Shown here: positions 14,505 to 26,590 of the stretch, piece after piece
Position numbering within the stretch: position 1 is the first letter of the stretch
How the letters are laid out: each line of letters opens with the position of its first letter
Origin: Setoptus koraiensis
Lineage: Eukaryota; Animalia; Arthropoda
Assembly: GCA_048013815.1 (NCBI GenBank)
Contig: CM106586.1
Coordinates: forward strand, 7,812,001 to 7,876,000
DNA: 64,000 bases
Direction of reading: 5' to 3'
Position numbers and translations under genes: made by a program
Notes under the pieces: model-generated
Databases searched by the model: none
The model's input: only the letters and a program-made list of their open reading frames with translations
Told to the model about the DNA's origin: nothing

Positions 14505-15464
14505 GGACCCATAAAGCACATAATGTATAATGATAGTAGCAGTGTTTGTTGAGATAGCGAGAGAGTCTTATTTTTCGGTAGGCTACCGCAGCGCCAGCGC
14601 ATAGCGAGATAGTAGCGAGATTTGGCCCAGCTGACAACGGTTGCGAGCCGGCCGAATGGCACCAATTCGACAATGCAAACAATCATTACGGCTGTACATC
14701 CAAAATATATCTGCGGCCGGCCGACAATCCAAGCAGCCAGCTAGGCAGCCAGCCAGCCAGCCAGCCAACGAGCTAGCCAGCCAGCGAGCCAGTCAGCCAA
14801 CGAATCAGGGAGCCAGTGGCGAAATAAGAATGGGACGATTGAGTAAAGTATTGAAAATACCACTTTTGCTTATCCTCGGCCTACACACGCCGGGCCACAA
14901 TTGATTTGGCTCCATTGGATAAAGAATGACAGACAGTGCGCGAGGGCACATATTGGGACACATCGCGCAGACACACAATTTGATTTAATGTGCCATCTAT
15001 TTAAGCTCATCATCTATATTGGGGCGCCTCTTCTCCGCCGCGTGATGCTCGCCCCTTTTCACACACACAACTCTTACGTAACTGAGAGTTACGTAACGCA
15101 ACCTTCATATTATGATATAACCACCATGTGCTCATGTTATTACAATGGCTCGCTATTTGTTGATATAAACAGCAAGCGGGCGGGCGTCAGAATGGACGCC
15201 AATGGGCGCTCGCAATTTGCAGATTGTGGCGCGTATTGTGGGGCCGCGGCGCGCAATGGCGCAGTGTGCGCGGCGAAAAAACGACCAAACAACGAGAGAA
15301 TAACTGATGATAATATCAGTTGTGACCAGACGAGATTAAATCAGATTGGATTGGGGGCCGCGGCCGGGACGGCCCGGCCCGGCCGATCGCGGTCTGCCGC
15401 TCGCTGGCACCGCGCGGCGCTTGGGCCCGATGGCCGCGAGCACGCAGCGGTGAGGGGCGACTCG

Positions 15465-15598
15465 GTGCGTCATTGCGTCGTTGCGTCATTGCGTCGTTGC
15501 GTCGTTGCGTCGTTGCGTCGTTGCACCGGTGAGTCGTTGCGTCGGTGAGTCGTTGCGTCGGTGAGTCGTTGCGTCGGTGAGTCGTTGCGTCGGTGAGA
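15465..15598. repeat. Compound array: 8-bp (TTGCGTCR)n followed by 16-bp (GTGAGTCGTTGCGTCG) x4
   Basis: Read directly; 16-bp units start at 15529, 15545, 15561, 15577. Confidence 0.92.
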
Positions 15599-18500
15599 GG
15601 GTGGCCAGCGGGCCAGATGGAGCCAGCGGATAGTGAGCAGGCAAAGTCGTTAGCTGCTGTGATTTGCTTATCAAGCAGCCAGCGACAAGTGCGTGCAAGT
15701 CGGGCCAGCGGGCCGGCCTTACCTTGGGCTGGCGCTGGCGACTTTGGGGCCGCGCTCGCAAATAGCATCAGCGCAAAAGTAATCAGCGCGGCTCGCCGAG
15801 CCCCACTTACCTGTGCCGCGGTGATAGCAGTGTGTTATGTGTGTCTATTATGCATGTTTGTATCTATGTTTGTGTGTGTGCAAGTGCGATTTTGATCAAC
15901 TTATGCTTATGCGCGCGATGTTCGCGCCGGCACAACACGACACAAGCAGCCACCATAAGGCACCACACAAAAACACAACCACTTGCCATATTGATGATGT
16001 AATATAGGCTAGAAAAGAGGGAGCAAGATTCATTAGTTAGATTCGGATTGAATAGAGTTATAGTTGCACTTTGCAGTGTCTGGCTGTGGCCGCGATAGTT
16101 GGGCCGCGATAGTTGGGGCGCGATAGCTGGGGCGCGATAGCTGGTGGGGCCGGGCATCGCCGGCAACAGCGCGGGTCCACTCAGAAAGCACTTAGACGGC
16201 GAGATTGTTGGCCTAAGACGAGGAGCGTCTATTAAGTTATGAGTGTCGGTATCGAATGGGAACATTTAGTCGGCACTACAACTAGAAAATGTAGAGCAAC
16301 TTGTTTCGCTCACTTGTTTGCAAGCTCGCTCGCCGGCCACACAGGTTGTAGTGTCTTGACGGTTGCATAACAGCGGCCGCCGACGACACCGGCCAGTCAC
16401 AGCGCCCACAAGCACAAGCGGCGACACGCCGACAAGCCACCAAAATAATAATAATAATAATAACGATAATAATAGTTATAGTAATAATGACCACGCCGGC
16501 CTCCATCAACACGTACTAAACTAACGACTATCACGTGCTTGTCGTCGATTCGCTCGTGGCGTTTCGCGTGCCACGCGCGTATGCGGCTTTGGTCACGAGC
16601 CACCAGCAGCGCACCACGAGCCACTAGCAGCGAGCCACTAGCAGCGAGCCACGAGCAGCGCGCCACGAGCAGCGTTGGTGAGCTCGTTGGCGAGCTCGTT
16701 GCCAGCGACGCGCCAAACAAAGCCCGCCAGCCAACTAAACTAGTTAACTGTTGTTGTTGTTGCTGCTGTTGCTGCTGCTGTCGTTGTTGTGCGCTGTTTA
16801 AGTGAGTGTGCCAAAGTCAACTGTATCTCGCCCACTGTGACTCACACTTGACTTGCCACAACAACGTGTATCGAGACGCACGAGCGAGACATCGGCGGCG
16901 AGCCAAATCTCGCTGCCTGGCGCGCGTTTTCTCCGCACGTCGCCGCCGAGACGCTCGCCGGGCCCGCTCGCCAGGCTCGGGCTGCTTGCGCGGGCTGGCT
17001 CCGCTTGTCGGGCCGGAGCCGCCGAAGCGACAGTCAAAAGTCGTCCCGTTCGCCAGCGCCGCGTCCGCCTGTCGGGCTGCCAAGATGGTGCCGCAATGCG
17101 TGTGTGTGTGTGTGTGCCTCACTGACAATTGCGAGCTTGCGGGCCAGTTCCGCAGTCGGCCGGCCGACGGGGCCGCTGCCAAAAAACAACTGGCTGCACT
17201 TTATTATGCGACGCCAGCGCCAAAGCGGGGCACGTCGCCCCAGTTAATATTGTCTGCATGTTAACGGGCGCCACCGCTTGAGCTCGCCGGGCCCCCGACA
17301 AACGGCCGACAAACGGCCGACAAACAGCCGACAAGCAGCCGACAAGCAGCCGACATACAGCCGACAAACAGCCAACAAACGTTCGAGTGCCAGCGACTGA
17401 CGCGCTCCGCTCAGCTGCTCGGCCGGCCAGTTGCCAATTAGCGTTCGCATGACAGCTGTTTTAGCCGAGCGAGTCTGGCGAGCAAAGAGATAAATAGAGA
17501 GATAAATAGAGCGAGATGCTGCTCGCAGACGCCGCCGCTCGGTGCGCTGCTGTCAATTGGGCGAGAGCGTCAGTTCACTATCGTTGCAGCAGTCTATTTT
17601 TAGCCGCTTTCAGGCCCCAAACGAACAACGACAAAACGAATCGATAATTGCTCAACAAGTTCCGCGGGCCCCTCGACGCTTTCGAGTCGACGCTATCGAG
17701 TCGACGCTATCGAGTCGACACTATCGACTCGATAATGTATATTGATAATGCTGCCGACAAATTGTGCAGTTCCGTTACTGGTTGCGCTGGCTGCCGTTGG
17801 CGAGGGCGTGCGAACGCTCACCTTTGCACGGCCAGAGATGATTTGGCAGATTTGGTTGGCGAGATAAACATTTACAACAACATTTGCATATGTCGCTGTG
17901 CTGCCGTTGGTGTGGCTGTTTTGTCGCTAGGCGCTTGTTGTCGCCGTTGCCACACACTGTATGGCACACACGCAGTAACTGTAGCCAACACACAGTTACT
18001 GCGTATGCCAACGGTGAACTGTAATGCAGCTTGACGTAATCACAGCGCTTGTGAGTCACAAGCGAGCGCGCCACACTGTGTGTGCAGTGGGCGCTGCAAG
18101 CGGGCGCCTCTATCGGCCGCTCAGCGGCACTAACAAATGAAATAGGACTCAATGACACAACAGCAAAAATAGTTGCTGTCCCATGTACGCACGTAATGCA
18201 CGTTACGTAATACTCATGCTTGTAATGGTTATCAAAAGTGAAATGTCTTTTTTACTAGCGCCCAGTGCTGGCGATCTAATGGTATATTGGCCCCGTCCCA
18301 AAGGCTGCACTGCGACTGGCATTGTGCGGGCCTTGTCGGGCCTCTCCATCCGATTGCAATTGCGTTCCAGCGACGGCCGGCACGGGATTGGACCGAGCGG
18401 GGCCCCGTTGCTTGTGGTGCGGATAAGCGGGCTAAGCGGGCTGTACGTTGCGAGCGGGCTTTGTTGTTGGCGAGCCGGGCAGCGGTTGGCGTGTTTGCGT

Positions 18501-20559
18501 GCGGCCGATTGGGGCCCGTTGCAATGTGGCAAAAATCAGCAGCGGCAGCAGCGGCACTGTTATGATAATAATGGCAAAATAAAGATAGGAAAAGAGATTT
18601 GTGTTTAGCGCGCGCACAGTGACAAATAACAGTGCAACGGGCCAGTAATGACACTTGTAACTTACGACAACAACAACGGCGCCAACAACAACAGCGGCAC
18701 CGGCAACAACAACAGCAACAACAGCAGCAGCAGCAGCAACAACAACTACGACTACAACGACTACAACGGCAACAACGGCAACGACGACATTACTGGACGA
18801 CTCTTGATCATTGTCGGTCGCTCATTGTTGTCGCGCCGTCGAGCTCGTTGAGGCGAGCCAGCCGAATGATGCAACAATAATAACGGCGGGCCAGCCTTGA
18901 CTGACTGACTGGCTCGGCAATGGTGCATTAAGTACATAGAGCGAGAGGGAGAAAAGTGGAGAGCAAAGTAAAATAAATTATGACTTTACAACCGGCCAAC
19001 ATACAACGACCACCACAAATGACCCTGCTGCCGCTGCCGCTGCTGCTGTTAGTTAGCTCGCCACGATCATCATCGTTTTGGGCCGCCATGGCGCACCATT
19101 TGTCTACAACAACAATGACCGACGAGTCTCGTCTGACGCAAGCACAAACACAAACTCACCCGTTATAATTGCTGGCGCCGGCGCCGCCACCGCTTTATAA
19201 CGGCTGCTTTATAACGGCAAATCTGGCAGCATTGTCTGCCAGATTTGTGTCCAGATTTTACAGCAAATGCAGCAGTTGGCCCCCCCCCCCCGCTAATTGG
19301 AGTGACTTACAGCAAATAAATCGTCAAGCGTTAAATAACAAGCGCTTGTACGAGCGCATGCGAGTTAGTTAATGCCGGCGAGCTTGCCAGTTTGACAGCG
19401 CCCATGATACAGCAAGCAATGAAGTAATGACGCGATGACGCAACAACCACACCGAGTGTCATTGTGGCCGGCTGGTCGGTGCGATATGGCCGAGCGCTGG
19501 CATTGTCACAACTTGTGACTCACAAGTCGGTATCGCAAATTGGGCTCGATTGGCAATTGTGTCACACAATTTGTGTGTGCGTCAATTGTCATTGTGGGCC
19601 GTCTTAATTATGCACACACACACACACACACACACACAATTATTAGCCTTATTTAATAATGATAATAATGCTGTCGCTGCAATTGAGTCGTCGTCCAGTT
19701 AATATATTAATATGACGCGCGTTATGTGTCACATTATTAATAGCGAGCGGCACAGTAGAGGCACAATTTGTTCATCTGCACATTTGGTTGTCGCCCATTC
19801 GCACATGTCCGCACATGTCCGCACATGCCTAGATATATCTGGATACGGCGAGATATCTGTGCACGCTCACAAGCCAGATAGCACCGGATAGCGCCATATA
19901 GCACAATATACAGGCCGCACAGGCCGCACTGGTAACCAGTGACTGGTTGCACCAGCGAGCTGCCAGCATTACAGCAAACAGCCGATATTACATCATTACG
20001 TCATATCGTGTCAGCGTGCGACTGTGGTCACTGGCATGTGCCAGCGCCCAATCGCACAACAAATGCCACAAGGCTGACCACGCACACTGGCCAGCGCGAA
20101 TGGCCAGTGCCAAAATAACGACAACGCACACAAATGGGCAAACGCATAAATTGGTATAAATTCAGGCCAAACTGAGGCCGGTTTAACTGGCAAGCAGTGG
20201 TCAAGCGTGATTGCACTTGTTTCGGTTTTGGTCCATTTGTGATGTATGTGTGATCCATGTGTGATCTATGTGTGATTGTGTGCTGGCGCGGGCGCGGGCG
20301 CCGGCACATGATTGAATGGGGCCGACTAATGAGCCATCATGCTGCATATGATTGCGTAACTCAATTAAATTAATCATGTGTTCGCCTCTCTGACACACTC
20401 TGCCTGTCAGCTGACTAGAATCGCTGGCCACAGGCTGTCAGGCGAGCACAGTGGCGCCATGTTGAGACACAAACACAATCGACATTTGATGATAAACAAT
20501 CAAATACAAATGATGATATGGCCCATAACTTGTGGCCGACACTACACTTATCACACCCA

Positions 20560-20590
<31 letters not shown>

Positions 20591-20630
20591 ACAGTGTCAC
20601 AACAGACACACTATTATTATCGCTGGACAC

Positions 20631-20668
<38 letters not shown>

Positions 20669-21389
20669 GGGTCGCGAACGGAGCTAGGCGCGCCGTTTTG
20701 TCGCTGTTGCCACTTGCAAGTCGCTATGCGCTCACCACGCTGACCATAGTGTGTCTAATAGCGCCACACAGCGGCCAGCCGCCTGTTATGGCTGCTGGAC
20801 ATAAACATTATTTATTGTTGTTCACACAGTTGTCACTTGTCTATGCGCGTCACTGGGCCCCCTTTATCATATATCTTTCTGCCTGTCCCGCCGGCCCGTC
20901 GTTCCGCTATCCCCGCCGGCCCGTCGTTCCGTGATACCGCCAGCCCGCTGGCCCAAGGCTGACAAGCCCACTGGCCCGACGGCCCGATGGCTGACAAGCC
21001 CACAGGCTCGCCAGTGCGCTGTCGGCCAGTGTGACTGGCTGTGGCTCGACAATCGCGTTTTGAGTTGCGCAATGCGACTCGGCCGCGACTTGGCATCGCG
21101 CGGCCAACGGCTCGACAAGCAGCTCGACATGCAAACTTAAAACACTTTATGCTGCTCACAAATAGCCGAATAGCCGCAACAACAGTCGCAGTTGCTTCAG
21201 TCGTTGTTTGCAGTTTGCTCAGATGGCGTCACTATCTCGATCTCGCTGCTAGCTCAACTAACTCACTTATTAACAGTTATCGTTTGATTACATTGCGCAA
21301 GAGAGAGAGAAAATATTTTCATTGTCGGGCACGGACTCAACTGAATTGGAATCATCAAGCGAAAGCCAGTCAAAAGCCAGCAAAAGCAA

Positions 21390-21557
21390 TCAGTCAGTCA
21401 GAATCGCATCAAACGACCAGGCAAACGATCCGACAAACAATTGTTGACAAACCAAGCCAAAGACAACAAAAACACTGTTGGTCAGAGAGGACACTCCAAA
21501 AACAAGCGACCGCACAACCAACGAATACAACAGCTCAACGCGCAACTTCCATTCAAG
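21390..21557 (+). other. Candidate non-coding first exon (Inr-like TCAGTC to AAG|GTGAGT donor), possibly of calmodulin
   Basis: Inr-like TCAGTC at 21390, A/C-rich ATG-free stretch, consensus donor at 21558. Confidence 0.3.
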
Positions 21558-24458
21558 GTGAGTACTGGCCAGTTTGTTCGAATTGGGGCCACTTGATTCG
21601 GCCTCTTCGTCCGATCGAGTTGGCCGCCGACAACCAGTTTTTAGCCGGCGTGTTTTTGTTAGTTTTTGTTCGGCGTGGATAATTCACGCCGAATTGACGC
21701 GCCAGCGTCATCGTGAGCCAACTGTGAGCCGGCCGAACAATTGCCAGCGAATACCAGTCGGCTGGCTGGTGTGGCCGCGCTCGTGGGCCCGGCGCATCTG
21801 GCCGCCAGATTCTGGCGAGCGACTCGTCGCCGTTCGCCGACGCCCGGCTCCGCGGGTCGCCAGCGTCGCCCGTGTCGCCGACGCCGAAAGAAACGTCTGG
21901 CCGCGCGGGTGATCAGCGCCGTCGAAGGAGTTATGATAATTGGTTCCGCTCGAACGGTGCCGATGGCTGGCCCCTGTGCGCTAACAAGTGTGCGCTGACA
22001 GCGCGCGTTGCGTAATTGTCAACTGACACAAACAGGTGTCGCGGGCCCCAATCTAATTGAAATTTAAACTTTTCGTCTGTTCGTTTTCTGCTCTGCCAAC
22101 TGTGTCTTGTGTGTTGCTCTTGTGTGTCGACACAAACAACGCCAAGCAAACAAAGAGCGCCACACAAATAGATGCCTATCTGGCCGTGATCCGTTCGCAT
22201 TGATTCATTCAAATTGAAAATCCCCCGTTTCCGTTTTGTCCGTTTTATCCGTTTTGTTCGTTTTATCCGTTTTGTTCGTTTGCAAGCGGCGGTGCGAGCG
22301 CCACCTGCGCATCATTATCGCGCCCATGCTGGCGATAACGGTGAATAGTATCGGTGTAGCATTGAGCCACTTATTTCTATTGTATTATCGCTGCCTTGTA
22401 ACTGTTACATAACTGTGCGGCTGTATAAAACTGTGTGGATGTATATAACTGTGTGGCTGTATACAAGTGGCTGCCGAATCACGCTGCATTGTTAACTCAC
22501 ATAAGTGACCTGTCTGTCGCTCGGCGGGCCCCATCGAACAATATTCGTGGGGCCCGCAAGCGGCCAATATTGGCATGGTGAATTGGGAGTATCAAATGGG
22601 AGTGTTCATGCCCAACTTGATATTATCAACTTGATAATACCAAGCTCATAATGGCAAACACGCCGGGCACGCACAGTGCAGAGGCTCAATTTAGATCTGA
22701 GCAGATACACGCGCTGTAAAATAAGTGGGGCCCGAGCAGTGGCTAATAATATATTTTAATATATTTTAATTTGGCATATATTTTAACTTGTGCCCGCTTC
22801 AATGTCGACAAATGCCCCGAGTGGGCCGATATGCGAGCTTTAGTGTGCGCCCATTATTATGCTATGTGGCCCACATACAAGAATGTGTAATGTGGCTCGC
22901 ATGCAAGAATATATATTTAAATGTGTGCGTATTTAAATCTGGCCGCGTTCTCATTGAAGCGAGACGTTTATAGTTGGGGCCAAGTCGACGAGTAATGTGA
23001 TTGAAGTTGTTGCCAAGAAAAAGCCAAAAATAAACCCTAAGCTCGCTGGCCCAATTCGTGTGTGTGTGCGGCCAGTTACACACTTAAATTGGCCAACTAT
23101 TTGAGATTTAGATTTGCACCAACGTTACGTAATTGTCTGGCTGTGTGTATCTGTTACGACTGTGTGGCCGGCGCGGCGCAACGCGGCCTTGTCTTGCCAG
23201 CTCGGCTGGCTGGCTTGCTATATCAGTGATATAATATCACTGATGTAATATCAGTGGCTCAAGTGGCGAGACTGCACAGTGCCGATGGGCACACAAGCCG
23301 AGTCATTTTGTTAGGTCTGTAGGTGCCCTTTATCCATGCACTTATCCGTGGGGCCCCGCAACTGGGCCACTTGCCAACTGGCTGCCGGCGGCTGGGACCG
23401 GGGCCCCATACGCCGAGCTGGCTGCCGTTAGTTCATTAGAGTGCCAGTTGGGTAGTTGCGAGTCGCAACTCGCGACTTGCCAGTCACAACTTGCGACTCG
23501 CGATACTCTCACAGCGAGCCAAGTGTCAGCCAGTGTCTTCATTTTGCTCGCCGGCTCGGTGTTATTGTGTGTGTGTGTGTGTTATTATTTGTCGCAGTCT
23601 AGCCAAGTCGACACGGCGCACTCTAGTCGATATAGTCTAGCCAAATAAGTCTAGCCGAGCTGGCTGAGGCTCGCAGCCGACGACAGTCTAGGTGGATCAG
23701 ACTAAACCAGTGGCGTCGCCCTAGCAGCGAGCCACTATCAATCGGGATCGTTTAGGGGCCCGGCAGTGGTGCACAACAATGCGCCACAGCTCATGATATT
23801 AATCTCCGTGGCGCCGCTGTGACGCCGCAACGCAAGACTTGGATGCACTCCAATGACACCGCCTGAAAAGTTGCCCAATCGGCCCCATATCCAGCCAGCA
23901 AATTAGCTCGGCCCGATATTGCCAGTGGGGCCCGGTGTTGCCAGTGGGGCCCGTGTTGCCGCTCGTCTGGCTGCTCGGGGCTGGCTGGGCGCTTCGAAGC
24001 CGAGCAGCCGAGCATCGAATATTGCCGATGCATCGAAATATTTGCACTTGGCATGTCGCGCGACGCGACAAGCCCATCCGACAAGCGCACCCATATAAAT
24101 CGCAAGCCGGCCGTCTTTCGGCGAGCACATGGCGCCATCTTCGGGTCCCGGAGCTCGCGCTGGCGCTAGCCCGAGTGGGACCGGCCGCGACACCGGAACA
24201 TACGCAATATTGACGCCGTATCTTGACAAAAAAAGCCAGCGTCGAGGTGCCAATTTCGTCGCCAGCTTGATGCAGACTTGCGCGGGCCAATTTTGCGCGA
24301 GATGGTGGTGTGCCCAGCCACCACGTTGTGCCAGTGTCCCGACGAGTTGTCCGACCAGTCGCAAGTTGTCGGCGGCACCGCACTTGGGGCAGCGTATTAG
24401 GGCCCGATGTAGGCCTCCAGTGCGTCGGCTAATGGGGCGCCGCCGCGCCGGCCTCTCA

Positions 24459-24526
24459 CTGTGAGAGTCTCACAAGCTGTGAGAGTCTCACAAGCTGTGA
24501 GAGTCTCACAAGCTGTGAGTCACAAC
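24459..24526. repeat. Tandem array, 18-bp unit CTGTGAGAGTCTCACAAG x3, each internally palindromic
   Basis: Units at 24459, 24477, 24495. Confidence 0.93.
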
Positions 24527-26529
24527 ACAGAATCGCTGGGCCCCAATTGAATTGAATGGGCCGAATTTTTGTTGTATTTGTGTTGTTGTTGCGTCACTCA
24601 CAACTTTGCAAGCAGCTTTGTCCAGTTTAGCCCGTTTAGCTAAACAACCGACGGGGAGAAAGGGAGCGAGGGAGAAAGCGAGAGAATTCGGGGAGAAGGG
24701 AGCGGGCTAAAAGGCAAGGCAGCAGTTTTAGAGTGAGCCGGCTTTATTTCTATTATTCTTTTCACTTTGTGTGTGTGTGTGTGCGTGTGTTGGGGGCCTC
24801 TTGTGACGAGAGTCGGGCCCGAGCTGGCTGCTTTCCAGCCAAAGAAGCAAACAAGTGCCTCTGGCCAGTGCGGCCACTCACGGGCCAGATACAACGATAG
24901 ATAGAGTTTGGGGCCCGCCGAAGGGCGATTCGCGTTTTTTTGATGCTTGCAATGTTTGCTCGGCCCGACTCGTTGCCGTGTTGTGCACGGCCAGCGAACG
25001 GCAAGCCTCTATGAGAGCATATCTATGAGAGCATAGGATTACTCGGGCCGGAGCCCGACAGGCTGGGCGTATATATATAAATATATATATATTTTATAGT
25101 GGCTGTTATTGAGTCGCCTATACCCGTTTCGCAGCGAAACTGGCCGTTGGAGCCGGCCCGCGCTTCTCGCTTCTTTTCCAGAATAATTCGCCAATTCTCC
25201 ATCAGCAATATATATATATATAAAAACAATACAACAATATATATATCCTATATACAAAGCCAGCCACTGGCTAGCTGACAGCCTATCAGACCATGGGCGC
25301 ACTAATAGCGCCAAACCGGTTCAGTCGGACGTATCTAAAAAGGTCGCGCTGATCTAGTCTAGACAGGTCCCGCTTGCAAGTTGCAATTGAATATAATACG
25401 CGGGTCCGATCGTGTATTATAGCCGGGGCCCACGTATTATACGGCGTGTATTATATGGCCGGTATAACAAGCGAACAGTTTGCCAAACATTCCGACACGC
25501 GAAAAGCCCGGAAAGAGAAGCACAAACAGTCTTATCCTCTAAATAGAGACAATTTGCAGTCGGATATGGTGGCGCCGAGAGATGCATTGGCACGACTATT
25601 GAGACCATTGGGCAAATATTGCCACCAGGGTGGCCCCAAAATGGCCAAAGAAAAAGAAAAGAGTTGCATAGGCGTGTAGGCCAAAGACAATACACCACTG
25701 CATAGGTACACAAACAGTGATTTGCATAAGCAATTCAATTGAGTTGCTAAGACTCAGCCTGAGAACCGTTCGAAAACGAAGCTTGCTCCTTGCGAACGGT
25801 TCGCTGGCGAAGTTTTGTCGAAGCCACTTGATGTGCGCTCCGACTTTGTGTGCCAAGTGGCCAAGGTCGGCTTATCCATGGATCCAAAGTCGAGCCTGGT
25901 CGGGCGCCCGCCCCGCCAAGGGCCGGCCTAAAAGAGCCGCACTAAAAAGAGTTGTGGCTGGCGCGGTGTGGCCATGCTCGATCGGGCTCTATTCATGCCA
26001 ACTTTGCATAATGTAGCCACTTTGGGGGCCCGCTCGACGGGGGCAAACCAGCCAAGAAGTTGAATCTTCGATTTATAAGACTGTGCTCGATAAGGCTCGA
26101 CAAGAGACGGCTCGCTTATAAGCACACTCTGCTCATTATAAGCCACGGGCGCCAGAGAATCAATCAGTAGAAATTAGTCCAATTATGCAAATGATATTGT
26201 ATAGTTAGATAGCGGCGGCCAGGCTCTATTATTACACTATTCGTTATTCGCTATTCAGTAGAATGTAGATTCACTATGCAGATTGTAGATAGCGACACAG
26301 TTGGTTGTATGCTGGCGGTTGCCCGTTGCCCGTTGCGACTCACAACTTGCGGGGCGCTTTGCCCGACGCCCGAACCAGTCGGCCCGTCGAGCAGAGAGCG
26401 AGCGCGCCGGCCAAAGAGCGGGCCCCAGTTAACGATGCTCGCTTATGTGGGCTCGTCGCTGATCGAGCCACTTGCGAGATGCTGGCGCCACTTGAAGGTC
26501 GCCGGCGATTGTCTGAATTGGCGCCCCGA

Positions 26530-26530
<1 letters not shown>

Positions 26531-26589
<59 letters not shown>
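26531..26589. repeat. (CA)n microsatellite
   Basis: Pure CA run. Confidence 0.96.
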
Positions 26590-26590
<1 letters not shown>

